Of a stretch of DNA of 64,000 nucleotides, positions 20,764-29,281 are shown one piece after another. The DNA lies in NCBI GenBank assembly GCA_041859045.1, contig JBHELB010000039.1, positions 9,958-73,957 on the forward strand. The letters run 5' to 3'. Positions within the stretch are counted from its first letter, which is position 1. Each line of letters opens with the position of its first letter. This DNA comes from Candidatus Hydrogenedentales bacterium (GTDB taxonomy: Bacteria; Hydrogenedentota; Hydrogenedentia; Hydrogenedentales; SLHB01). A program made the translations under genes and the position numbers. The notes beneath the pieces were generated by a model, which was given only the letters and a program-made list of their open reading frames with translations, was not told where the DNA came from and did no database searches.

Positions 20764-20798
20764 CGCCCGGCACAGATGCCGGGCGCATTTGTTTTTTG
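20764..20798 (+). terminator. rho-independent terminator (9-bp stem gcgcccggc / gccgggcgc followed by T-run)
   Basis: Perfect inverted repeat with 6-nt loop followed by atttgttttttgg, 54 nt after the pilT stop. Confidence 0.8.
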
Positions 20799-20859
20799 GG
20801 TCAGCGCGCTGCAACGCGGTGGGCGGGTTGATGAATGGAGTCAACAGCGAGGTGAGGCG

Positions 20860-22110
20860 ATGGTGAACTGGCTGGGCTGGTGGAAGCGAGGCGCGGGGGC
20901 GCGTGTGGAGCAGAGGTCGCCGGGCGAACGATTTGGGACGGTGTCGTTGACGGAGGACATGAGGGGCTTGATGCGGGCGGGGGAATCCTTTGTTCGGCTT
21001 CCGAGCGAGACGCCGTTCGCGATGCTCGAAGTGTACCGGTTTTTGCGCGATGCGATTCCGGATGTTAGCGACGCGGTGTGGACGTGGAAGCGCTTGTGTC
21101 AGACCGGCTACGACGTGGAGATTTTAGAGGCGTCGTCGGAGATGGCGCGCGCTCGGGCGGAGCGCCTGCTGAAGGCCCTGGACCGGCGGGTGAATAGCGG
21201 GGACCGCGGGATGGACGGTCTGCTGGACGTGTTTTATGCGTCGCTGTTTACGTATGGCGCGGCGGCGTTGGAGATTGTGCTGTCGCCGAGCCGGGAGTCG
21301 ATTGCGGACGTGGTGCCGGTGGACGTTTGGACGGTGCGGTTCAAGCGTGAACGTGGGCAGTTGCAGCCGTATCAGGTGATCGATGGGGAAGAGATTCGGT
21401 TGCCCCGCGAGCGGTTCGTGTATGTGGGGTTGGACCGCGACGGGACAAATCCTTATGGGCGCTCGATGCTTCGCTCAATCCCGTTTGTGGTGAAGATTCA
21501 GCAGCGGCTGATCGAAGACATGGCGAAGGCGACGCACAACGCGGGGTGGGCGAAGCTGCACGTGAAGTATTCGCCGGAGTCGCGCGAGCGCGGGGAGTCG
21601 GTGGAGGCATATGGGCAGCGGATCGCGGGGAACTTTGAGGCGCTGCGCACGCGGCTGAGCGGGTTGGAGGCGGATCAGAATCTGGTGACGTACGACAACG
21701 TGGACGTGTCGTTGATCCGGGGGGATTCGCAGAGCCGGATTTTCTACGACAACCTGAAGGCGATTGAGGAGCAGGTGATCACGGGGATGCACTTGATGCC
21801 GATCCTGATGGGCCGGAATTACGGGACGACGGAAACGTATGGAACGGCGCAGTTCGAGATCGTGAATCGTCAGGTGGAGGCGGTGAACCGCAGCGTGAAG
21901 CGGATTTTGGAGCGCCTCTACAACTTCGAGCTGGCGCTGATGTGGGGCGAGGCGCGGGCGCGCGTGCGGATGCGGACGAATCGGACGGTGGATGTGCTGA
22001 AAGAGGCGACGGCGCGTGGAAAAGAGATTGCGAATGTGTTGGCGCTGCGCGACGCGGGTCTGATGGATGCGGCGGGGACTGCGGAGATGCTGGGAATTGG
22101 CGGGAACTAG
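20860..22110 (+). CDS. phage portal protein-like (HK97-family-like)
   Basis: Start MVNWLGWW after the terminator (RBS gaggtgagg). Motifs resembling portal family consensus: G..L..FYASL..G.AALEI, NPYGRSML, C-terminal IEEQVITGMHLMPILMG. Confidence 0.6.
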   Translation: MVNWLGWWKRGAGARVEQRSPGERFGTVSLTEDMRGLMRAGESFVRLPSETPFAMLEVYRFLRDAIPDVSDAVWTWKRLCQTGYDVEILEASSEMARARAERLLKALDRRVNSGDRGMDGLLDVFYASLFTYGAAALEIVLSPSRESIADVVPVDVWTVRFKRERGQLQPYQVIDGEEIRLPRERFVYVGLDRDGTNPYGRSMLRSIPFVVKIQQRLIEDMAKATHNAGWAKLHVKYSPESRERGESVEAYGQRIAGNFEALRTRLSGLEADQNLVTYDNVDVSLIRGDSQSRIFYDNLKAIEEQVITGMHLMPILMGRNYGTTETYGTAQFEIVNRQVEAVNRSVKRILERLYNFELALMWGEARARVRMRTNRTVDVLKEATARGKEIANVLALRDAGLMDAAGTAEMLGIGGN

Positions 22111-22136
22111 CGAGGAAATGCGGGGAGGACGGCGTG

Positions 22137-22826
22137 ATGGGGTTGGAACCATTTGTATTTCGTCATTGGGGCGCGGTGATGTCGCGCGAGACGCCGGAGA
22201 ACGCGGAGGCGGACGTTGCGGCGGTGAACCAGTTCGCGTTGCGTCCGTTGGCGCGGGAGGAATTCGCGGCGTTTCGACTGGACCTCTGCAATAACCAGGT
22301 GGACCGCCATTTCAGCCGGTTCCCCGAGGAAGAGCTGACGCGAATCACGGAGATGACGCCGGGACGTCCGTTGATGGAGCGGCATGACCTGCGCGGATCG
22401 TTGCCGCGGGGAACGTTTTTTCGGGCGCAGGTGCACCGGGATAGCGAACGCGTGTCGGTGCGGCCGGATGTGTATGTGCTACGCACGCGGGAGAACGAAG
22501 ATTTCATTTTGAACATCGAGGGGGGCGTGTACCGCGAGACGTCGATCGGGTTCTCATTTCAAACGCCGGAGTGCTCGGTGTGCGGGAAGGATTTGCGCAC
22601 CTGTGATCACGTGCCGGGGCGGAGTTACGGGGATGCCTTGTGTCACTACGTGATGCGCGGGGTGCTGGAGGTCATCGAAGGGTCGGTGGTGCCTGCGGGA
22701 TCGCAGGGGACGACGTTTGTGTCGCAGACGCGGGGACTTCCGCTGGCGGAGGCGCTCGACGTGGCGCGGCGGGCGTACCACGCGCCGATCGTGTTGCGGC
22801 CAGGCCGTGCGTGGTCGGAGGAGTAG
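22137..22826 (+). CDS. hypothetical protein of phage-head cluster (Cys/His motif CSVCG...CDH)
   Basis: 229 aa, RBS ggggagg. Sits where a prohead protease or scaffold is expected, but no S78/U35 or ClpP motifs recognised. Confidence 0.5.
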   Translation: MGLEPFVFRHWGAVMSRETPENAEADVAAVNQFALRPLAREEFAAFRLDLCNNQVDRHFSRFPEEELTRITEMTPGRPLMERHDLRGSLPRGTFFRAQVHRDSERVSVRPDVYVLRTRENEDFILNIEGGVYRETSIGFSFQTPECSVCGKDLRTCDHVPGRSYGDALCHYVMRGVLEVIEGSVVPAGSQGTTFVSQTRGLPLAEALDVARRAYHAPIVLRPGRAWSEE

Positions 22827-22828
22827 AG

Positions 22829-23053
22829 GTGAAAACGGCAAGAGGTACTGACGAGCGAGGACCGGAGCGGGAGACTTGCGCGTATCACTTGGCGCACGAG
22901 GCGGAGTTCCGGGCGCTCTCGCGAGGATTGGATGAAGTGAAGGGACGCGTGCACGGCATCGAGACCAAGGTGGAGCGGGGCGTGCTGTTGCTGGTGGCGA
23001 ATCTGGTGGGTGTGGTGATGACGCTGGTGCAGCAGTTGCTGCGTTCGATGTGA
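22829..23053 (+). CDS. small hypothetical protein with C-terminal hydrophobic helix
   Basis: GTG start 3 nt after the previous stop; 74 aa; C-terminal LLLVANLVGVVMTLVQQLL. Confidence 0.4.
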   Translation: MKTARGTDERGPERETCAYHLAHEAEFRALSRGLDEVKGRVHGIETKVERGVLLLVANLVGVVMTLVQQLLRSM

Positions 23054-23062
23054 GGGGAAGAC

Positions 23063-23761
23063 ATGTACGGGAGAGTCTTTATTGAAGAGCGGGCCGGGAA
23101 CCCGGACGCGCTGGGCGAAGAGTGGGACGGGCGGTTCGTCGTGCATCGTCACCGTGATGCGGAGGGGCCGCATGTCGATTTGCGTCTGGAACAGGACGGG
23201 TTTCTGGCGGGCTGGCGGATCGCCGGGGAATTCGAGAGCGGTGCATGGGCGGAAGAGAAGGCGGCGCATCCCGTGCACTGGCTGGACCGCGACGGAGACG
23301 CGGTACGTGAGGACGCTGGGGTGTATCGCTGGATCGAGCGGGGGCCGCTGCGGCGCGTGGTGTGTCTGAAGGGCGAGCACGGCGTGCGCTGGTTGCGTGT
23401 GGAGGCGCATGAGGGGCTTCCGGCGGGCGTGGCGTGCGCGGTGCGGTGCGCGTTGGACGAAGCGGAACTGGGGCCGGAGTCGGCGCTGAGCCTGGTGAAG
23501 GATGGTCTGGTGGCGCGGAAGAGGGCGACGGCGCGGTTGCTGGGGTTGGGGCGCGAGCTGGACGGCGACGCGTTTGATGTGGAGGCCTGGCGGCGTGCGT
23601 TGGCGGGGCTCTCGCTGGAGGAGGTGCAGTCGCACCTGCGCGCGTACGAGGTGCGCTTTGACGCGAAATATCCGCCGCTTCCGGTATCGCGTCCGGAACG
23701 GCTGGACGCGGGAGCGTCAGTGCGGGGGGATGCACTGGCGATCGCGCGTGAGTCGATGTAG
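23063..23761 (+). CDS. LigD-type 3-prime-phosphoesterase (PE) domain-like protein
   Basis: N-terminal FVVHRHRDAEGPHVDLRLEQDGFLAGWRI matches the LigD PE signature FVxQxHxAxxLHYDxRLE..G.L.SWA (both His, Asp and Arg conserved). Confidence 0.5.
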   Translation: MYGRVFIEERAGNPDALGEEWDGRFVVHRHRDAEGPHVDLRLEQDGFLAGWRIAGEFESGAWAEEKAAHPVHWLDRDGDAVREDAGVYRWIERGPLRRVVCLKGEHGVRWLRVEAHEGLPAGVACAVRCALDEAELGPESALSLVKDGLVARKRATARLLGLGRELDGDAFDVEAWRRALAGLSLEEVQSHLRAYEVRFDAKYPPLPVSRPERLDAGASVRGDALAIARESM

Positions 23762-23793
23762 CGGCGAAAGAACGAAGAGAAAGGGAGACGGCT

Positions 23794-24174
23794 ATGGCGT
23801 TTGGAGATTTGGGGGGCGCGGTGACGGAACTGGTGATCACGTGTCAGACGAAGGCAAGCGGTGCGGTGAGCATTGCGCGCGGAGACGCGGTGAAGCTGGC
23901 GGGTCCGTACACGGTGGACAACGCGACGAGCGCGGAAGACGTGGTTTTTGGCGAAGCGTTGGCACCGGCGACGACGAACGGGGCGGCGATCCCTGTGAAG
24001 GTGCGCGGGATTTCGGTTCTTGCGTACACGGGAGATGCGCCGGTGGTGAATGGCGTTGTGGGGGTGTTGGCGTCGGCGACGGCGGGGAAGGTGAAGGCCC
24101 CGGCGACGGGCAACGGCGTGGGCAGGAATGTGAAGGTGGACACGGCGGCGGGGTTGGTGCACGTGTTGCTGTAG
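23794..24174 (+). CDS. small Gly/Ala/Val-rich phage head protein (DUF2190-like, decoration/cement candidate)
   Basis: 126 aa, low-complexity G/A/V-rich, immediately upstream of the capsid-like gene. Confidence 0.4.
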   Translation: MAFGDLGGAVTELVITCQTKASGAVSIARGDAVKLAGPYTVDNATSAEDVVFGEALAPATTNGAAIPVKVRGISVLAYTGDAPVVNGVVGVLASATAGKVKAPATGNGVGRNVKVDTAAGLVHVLL

Positions 24175-24198
24175 ACGGTTTGGGGAGAGGAAACGACG

Positions 24199-25248
24199 AT
24201 GGGGTATCGAGACGATATGGTGAAGGAGCGAGTGGCGTTTTTGTCGCGCGGCGCGGACGGGCTGCGTCAGGTGCGCGGGCGTGAGTTGTTTGAGACGTTG
24301 CATGGGTTGGGGCTGTCGTACGGTCAGTATTTCCGTGCGATGGGAACGAACCTGCAGGACTACTGCGCGCAGGAGTTTGGCGTGGACGTGAGCCGGATCA
24401 CGGTGGACCGGTTCTTTCAGTCGGATCCGAACGCGAAGTGGCTGTTTCCGGACATGGTGCGCGAGGCGGTCATTGCGGGAATGAAGCGCAAGCCGGTGTA
24501 CCGCGATCTGATCATCCGCGACGAGCCGGTAGTGGGTACGGCGTACGACGTGCCGTACGTTCAGGAGTCGGCGGACGACGAGGAGTTGCGCGGCGTTGCG
24601 GAAGGCGCGGCGATTCCGGAGTCGGAAATTCGCTACGGCAGCCGAATTGTACGTCTGGACAAGAAAGGGCGCGGCGTGCTGGCGTCGTACGAGGCGGTGC
24701 GCCGGATGTCGGTGGACATGCTGCGCGTTCACTTGCAGCGCATGGGCGAGCGTCTGGGCCGAAACCTGGACGCGCGTTTGGCGACGGTGTTGGTGTCGGG
24801 CGATTCGTCGGGCGCGAGCACGGCGGCGGTGACGCTGAACACGGCGACGGCGAATACGTGGACGTATGCGGACATTCTGTCGGGATTCATGAAGTTGACG
24901 TTGGACCATTACTTCACGCCGACGCACATGCTGGCGAATGGGGCGCTGACGGAGACGATCCTGAAACTCGACGAGTTCAAGGACTCGGCCCTTTTCGACT
25001 TCGCGAAAACGGGGAACCTGCCGACGCCGGTGGGCGTGAAGTTGGTGCCGATGCCGGAACAGCCGGAGAACAAGCTGACGATCCTGGACGCGGGCTATGC
25101 GGTGGAGAAACTGACGGAGCAAGACCTGTTGGTGGAAAGCGACAAGCTGATCAACCAGCAGTGGGAGCGCACGTACCTGACGGTCGTGACGGACTTCGCG
25201 GTGATCTATGAGAAGGCGCGCGTGGTGGTGCAGAGCGATTGGTCGTAG
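24199..25248 (+). CDS. putative phage major capsid protein
   Basis: 349 aa, position after portal and small decoration-like gene, balanced composition. No specific family motif recognised by eye. Confidence 0.45.
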   Translation: MGYRDDMVKERVAFLSRGADGLRQVRGRELFETLHGLGLSYGQYFRAMGTNLQDYCAQEFGVDVSRITVDRFFQSDPNAKWLFPDMVREAVIAGMKRKPVYRDLIIRDEPVVGTAYDVPYVQESADDEELRGVAEGAAIPESEIRYGSRIVRLDKKGRGVLASYEAVRRMSVDMLRVHLQRMGERLGRNLDARLATVLVSGDSSGASTAAVTLNTATANTWTYADILSGFMKLTLDHYFTPTHMLANGALTETILKLDEFKDSALFDFAKTGNLPTPVGVKLVPMPEQPENKLTILDAGYAVEKLTEQDLLVESDKLINQQWERTYLTVVTDFAVIYEKARVVVQSDWS

Positions 25249-25311
25249 CGGAGGGGGCGGCGAAGGGCGCGGGCGCGAAAGCGTTCGCGCCCTTTTGCAT
25301 GGAGATGAGAC

Positions 25312-25725
25312 ATGGCGAGCGTGGCGACGGAAGAAGGGGTGCGGGCTCGGTTTCAATGGAGCGAGGAAGACGTTCCCGAATCGCTGATCACGTTGGCGAT
25401 AGAGGATGCGCATAACCGGTTGGTGCGGGCGTTGACGGCGGAATCGTGGGGTGAAACGCCCGCGTCGGGCGTGGTGTTGGGCGAGACGTTGCTGGCGGGG
25501 GCGCAGGTGTACCGCTTGCTGGCGGCGCGCGAGGCGTTTGATCGGCGGGACGTGCGCGTAGGCGGTCAGGAGAGCGTCGGGATCGGGCGCTTCGAGGCGC
25601 TGAGCCGCACGGCGACGGCGCTGGAGGACGAGGCGTGGGCGGTGCTAGAGGCCTTTACGCGTATGCATGAGGGACGGGCTCCGATGAGTGCGTCGGACAC
25701 GGTTCCGGTGCTAGGAGAGGGATAA
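25312..25725 (+). CDS. putative head-tail connector (gp6-like) protein
   Basis: 137 aa; pattern VRARFQWSEEDVPESLITLAIEDAHNRLVRALT resembles gp6-like connector consensus. Confidence 0.35.
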   Translation: MASVATEEGVRARFQWSEEDVPESLITLAIEDAHNRLVRALTAESWGETPASGVVLGETLLAGAQVYRLLAAREAFDRRDVRVGGQESVGIGRFEALSRTATALEDEAWAVLEAFTRMHEGRAPMSASDTVPVLGEG

Positions 25726-25728
25726 GCC

Positions 25729-26412
25729 GTGGCGATCACGCTGGGAACGCTGTCGTTGGACGAACGATACGTGGCGGTGAAAGAGCGATTCGAAGAGGTC
25801 GGCGGACGCGACGAACGGCGCGTCGAGTTGACGGGACTTGTTTCCGATGTGTCGACGGTTGCGGGAATTGAGGCGCGACTGGAGGAGATTCTTCGGGAAG
25901 CGTCGACAAACCGCAGTTGGACCACATTTTCCGTGCGCGCGGGACGACGGCTATGGGTGCGGCGGTTGTCCTACGAACGCGAAGTGCAGCGCGGACGGAA
26001 GACGGGGGTATTCAAGCTGGTGTTGGAGGTGCGCGATTTCTTTGAGGAGTCGGACACGGAGACCGTGGTGACGTGGGAGGCTTTTTCGGGAAGCACGCGG
26101 GAATTTGCGAGTAGTGGGACTGGGGCGACGCCGATTTCCGCGGTGATTGTTCCGGAAGTGGACGTGACGTCGTGGGCGCTTAGCGACGGGACGAACACAC
26201 TGTCGGCGCAAGGCGTGTTCGCTGCGGGTGTGGCGATACGCGTGGATGGCGTGGCGCGGAAGGTGTGGGTTGGCGAGCGCGAGATCACGGGATATGTGGA
26301 AGGCACGTTTCCTGAGGTGCGCCCGGAAGGGACGACGTTGACGTATACCGACAGTGATGAAGGCGCGCATGCGGCGGCGATCACGGTTTCGTATCGCGAT
26401 CGGTGGTGGTAG
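25729..26412 (+). CDS. hypothetical protein (phage-like cluster)
   Basis: 227 aa, 3-nt gap from previous gene. Confidence 0.5.
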   Translation: MAITLGTLSLDERYVAVKERFEEVGGRDERRVELTGLVSDVSTVAGIEARLEEILREASTNRSWTTFSVRAGRRLWVRRLSYEREVQRGRKTGVFKLVLEVRDFFEESDTETVVTWEAFSGSTREFASSGTGATPISAVIVPEVDVTSWALSDGTNTLSAQGVFAAGVAIRVDGVARKVWVGEREITGYVEGTFPEVRPEGTTLTYTDSDEGAHAAAITVSYRDRWW

Positions 26413-26415
26413 TTC

Positions 26416-28155
26416 ATGCAATACCAAATCGAAGTGCTGGAGCAGGGCGGCTTTCGCAAGGCGGTATATGACGATGTGCTGTTGCTTGAGGCGGAGCGCG
26501 GGCAGGTGGACCGGGGCGTGCGCGTGGAGGGGTTGTTGCCGCCGGGACTGGCGGAATTGGGGCCGGGAGACCGGATCCGTGTGTTGGTGGACGGCGCGTT
26601 GTTTTGCGAGGCCCCCGTGCGCCGGGTGACGCCGCAATGGGGCGATCTCAAGACGCTGATTCTCGATAAATACGTGAACGCGCACGAGCTGGTGTACGTC
26701 GAGGCGTCAACTTCGGGGCCGGAGTGGAACAATCGGGTGCAGGTGGCGCTGTTGGCGTGTCCGGTGAAGACGGCGGTGCAGCAGGTGATTGACAGGGCGT
26801 TGGGTGCGGTTCACTACGGCGTGGCGCATACGGCATTTCCAGACGGCGCACAACGCGAGTATGCGAAGTTTGAAGCGCGGAAGACTGCAGGAAACGAACT
26901 GGAGACGGGCGGCATTTCAGCGGGCCAGTGGGTGGGCGCGCCACGGTTGGACGCGAGCGAGGCGTATGCCAAGGATGGCGACACGATCGCGGGGTTGAAG
27001 GTGGACGGCGCGGCGTGGCCGGACCTGCGGCTGCTCATGATTGACGCCGAGGAGACGTCGAAGAATGGTCACGCGGTGTCGCGTCACCCCGAGGTCACGG
27101 CGATGACGGCGGAAGAGTATGCGGCGTCGGCGTATGCGTGGCGCGCGCAACGATCGAAGGAGTCGCTGCAGGCGTTGATCGACGGGCACGGAATTGATGC
27201 GGTGGAACTGAACCCACATCGGAACGCGGCGGGCGCATTCGACGATCGCGTGGATGCGTATGGGCGCTACGTGGGGCTGATCTACGGCGGCGGACTTTGT
27301 TTCAACGCGGCAATGGTCGAGCAGGGAATGGCGGAAATCTATTTGTATGAAGAGGGCCGCTATCACGAGCCGTCGATGGCGTTGAAGGATTACTACTCGT
27401 ACGTGGGGCCGTCGGAAGACACGCTGGCGGTCGTGGGCGGGGGCCCGGTGAGCATGGCGGTGGACGCAGGGCTGATGGAGGCGTTGATGGCGCTGGCGTT
27501 GATGGGGGGCGGGTGCCGTTGGGGGGTGAGGGCGGACGGGACCGTGTGGTTTTGCGAAGCGAGTACGGCCGAGCACGTGGCGTTCGAGTCGCCGTCGGAG
27601 ACGGGCGTGAGCTGGGGGATGTCCGATATAGGTCTCGTGAACGAGTTGACATTCGAAGGAGGTGAGTTGGCGTTGCCGCTAACGAAGACCTATGCGCGAG
27701 AGGCCAGTGTCAGGCGCTACGGAAGCGCGTCGGGACGACTGGTGCATTACGGTCTTAACGCGGAGCAGGACGTAGACCGCTTGGCGGCGGCGTTACTCGA
27801 TGATTTGGCGTATCCATCGTTAACGGGCGACGTCGTGTTTCATCGGGGAAAGGGAGACGTGCATCCCGGCGAATTGATCGAAATCCGTGGAGCGCCGTTT
27901 CGGCGATATCACGAGGCATTGTCTGGGGAATGGGGCGGGCGCTACGCAGGGCGACTGGTGGGGGCGGTGGCGTCGGTGACGCACCGATTCACGGGGCGTC
28001 GCGTGCGGACGACCGCGACGCTGACGAGTCCGGGGCGCGCGGTTGAGAATCCCCTGCGGTTTATTGTGCGCAGTCAACCGAGCGAAGCGGAGATGTATGC
28101 GTTTCGATTGGACGACGAGGTGGTTGGATTGGACATGAGCTATCACCTGGACTGA
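26416..28155 (+). CDS. large hypothetical protein with embedded SNase/thermonuclease-like domain
   Basis: Residues about 190-360 (AKDGDTIAGLKVDG..RLLMIDAEETSKNGH...DAYGRYVGLIYGGGLCFNAAMVEQGMAEIY) align motif-for-motif with staphylococcal nuclease (DGDT, RLLxxDxPE, DKYGRxLAY..N..LV.G.A). Confidence 0.6.
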   Translation: MQYQIEVLEQGGFRKAVYDDVLLLEAERGQVDRGVRVEGLLPPGLAELGPGDRIRVLVDGALFCEAPVRRVTPQWGDLKTLILDKYVNAHELVYVEASTSGPEWNNRVQVALLACPVKTAVQQVIDRALGAVHYGVAHTAFPDGAQREYAKFEARKTAGNELETGGISAGQWVGAPRLDASEAYAKDGDTIAGLKVDGAAWPDLRLLMIDAEETSKNGHAVSRHPEVTAMTAEEYAASAYAWRAQRSKESLQALIDGHGIDAVELNPHRNAAGAFDDRVDAYGRYVGLIYGGGLCFNAAMVEQGMAEIYLYEEGRYHEPSMALKDYYSYVGPSEDTLAVVGGGPVSMAVDAGLMEALMALALMGGGCRWGVRADGTVWFCEASTAEHVAFESPSETGVSWGMSDIGLVNELTFEGGELALPLTKTYAREASVRRYGSASGRLVHYGLNAEQDVDRLAAALLDDLAYPSLTGDVVFHRGKGDVHPGELIEIRGAPFRRYHEALSGEWGGRYAGRLVGAVASVTHRFTGRRVRTTATLTSPGRAVENPLRFIVRSQPSEAEMYAFRLDDEVVGLDMSYHLD

Positions 28156-28170
28156 CGAGAAGGAGGGGGA

Positions 28171-28686
28171 ATGCGAGGCAAGGGGTATACGAAGACGGCC
28201 TGGCAGGTGCAGGAACGGCCCGTGTCGTCGTCGAAGCTGAACACGTGGGACGATCGTATCGAGCAGGCATTGGAGCGGGCGTTCTTTTACGTGGGGCAGA
28301 CGGCGGGTGATGAGAACGGCGTGTTGCGCGGCGCGACATCATTGGATTTGAAGACGACTCAGGCGTCGCCGGCGGGACGGAGTGTGGTGGTGAATGCGGG
28401 GTGCGCGTTGATTGCGCGATGTCCGTATCGCTTGGGGTCGAGTATGGCCACGGCGGAGGTAACGCCGCCCGCGACGTATCCGCGCGTGGATTTGGTGCAG
28501 GCGCGGCTGGACTCGTGGGATGTGAGCGTTCGTACGGGGACCGAAGCGGCGTCGCCGATGGCTCCAGAGGCGGAGGCGAACTGCATTGCGTTGGCGGAAC
28601 TGCATCTGCGGCCAGGAATGGTGAGCGTCAAGGATACGGACGACGGCGTGAATGGGTACATTGTGGATGTGCGGGCGTTCTTGTAG
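28171..28686 (+). CDS. hypothetical protein (phage-like cluster)
   Basis: 171 aa ORF, co-directional. Confidence 0.45.
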   Translation: MRGKGYTKTAWQVQERPVSSSKLNTWDDRIEQALERAFFYVGQTAGDENGVLRGATSLDLKTTQASPAGRSVVVNAGCALIARCPYRLGSSMATAEVTPPATYPRVDLVQARLDSWDVSVRTGTEAASPMAPEAEANCIALAELHLRPGMVSVKDTDDGVNGYIVDVRAFL

Positions 28687-28702
28687 AAGAGGAGAAGAAG
28701 CG

Positions 28703-29074
28703 ATGGATGGTAGCGTGAGTGAATGGGGCCTGACGTTGGCGACGATGGTGTTTGGGGCGCTGTGGACGGCGTTTCGATCGAGCGACGTGTTGGGGCGCGT
28801 GCGCGATGAACGGTTCCGAAAAGCGTTGAGCGCGTTGGAGGCGGGCGTGGAGCAGACGTACCGGACGTATGTGCGGGCGCTGAAGGAGTCGCGCGCGGAC
28901 GGGAAACTGACGGACGAGGAGCGACGCCAGGCGCGGTTGCTGGCGCGGGACACCGCGATGGCGTTTGGCCGTACGCAGGGCGTCGACGTGTTGCAGACGC
29001 TTGGGCGTGAGTACATCGACGTGTGGATCGCAAAATTGGTGAATGGCCTGAAGATCGGCGCGGGTTTGGCGTAG
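28703..29074 (+). CDS. small hypothetical protein with N-terminal TM helix (last gene of cluster)
   Basis: Start MDGSVSEWGLTLATMVFGALWTAF with RBS agaggagaag. Confidence 0.4.
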   Translation: MDGSVSEWGLTLATMVFGALWTAFRSSDVLGRVRDERFRKALSALEAGVEQTYRTYVRALKESRADGKLTDEERRQARLLARDTAMAFGRTQGVDVLQTLGREYIDVWIAKLVNGLKIGAGLA

Positions 29075-29081
29075 GGAATTC

Positions 29082-29128
29082 GGGGGGGATTCTTGCCGGA
29101 GGAGAATCTCCCCCAATCCTTTTCAAAG
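29082..29128 (+). terminator. hairpin (gggggggattct / agaatctccccc) with weak T tract
   Basis: Near-perfect inverted repeat 8 nt after the last cluster gene stop, followed by aatccttttc. Confidence 0.4.
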
Positions 29129-29252
29129 AGCGCACTTTCTCGTAAATGCACCCACCTTTCCTCTCGCGAAGAGTCCCACCTGCGAGTCAATACCCTTCAG
29201 ACAAGTTCACTTCTTTGCCGCTCAGAGCAGGCGTTTTCTGTCGATCGCCGGG

Positions 29253-29281
29253 TTGACAGTGCGGCCGATTTCGCCGATAAT
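29253..29281 (+). promoter_or_regulatory. sigma70-like promoter TTGACA-17-GATAAT
   Basis: Consensus -35 hexamer with exact 17-nt spacer to GATAAT; about 180-nt leader before the OMP gene. Confidence 0.55.

Noticed and set aside
20758-20859. N-terminal 34 codons of ORF 20758 (MMRPAQMPGAF...)
   Set aside because: Overlaps the pilT terminator hairpin. A good RBS plus ATG at 20860 gives a portal start consistent with family length.
23149-25413. 754-aa minus-strand ORF
   Set aside because: Antisense to the phage-like genes; extreme R/H/A/P bias.
29271-29279. GCCGATAA, identical to the sigma28 (FliA) -10 consensus
   Set aside because: No TAAA -35 element at the right spacing. The sequence is better explained as part of a sigma70 TTGACA-17-GATAAT promoter.
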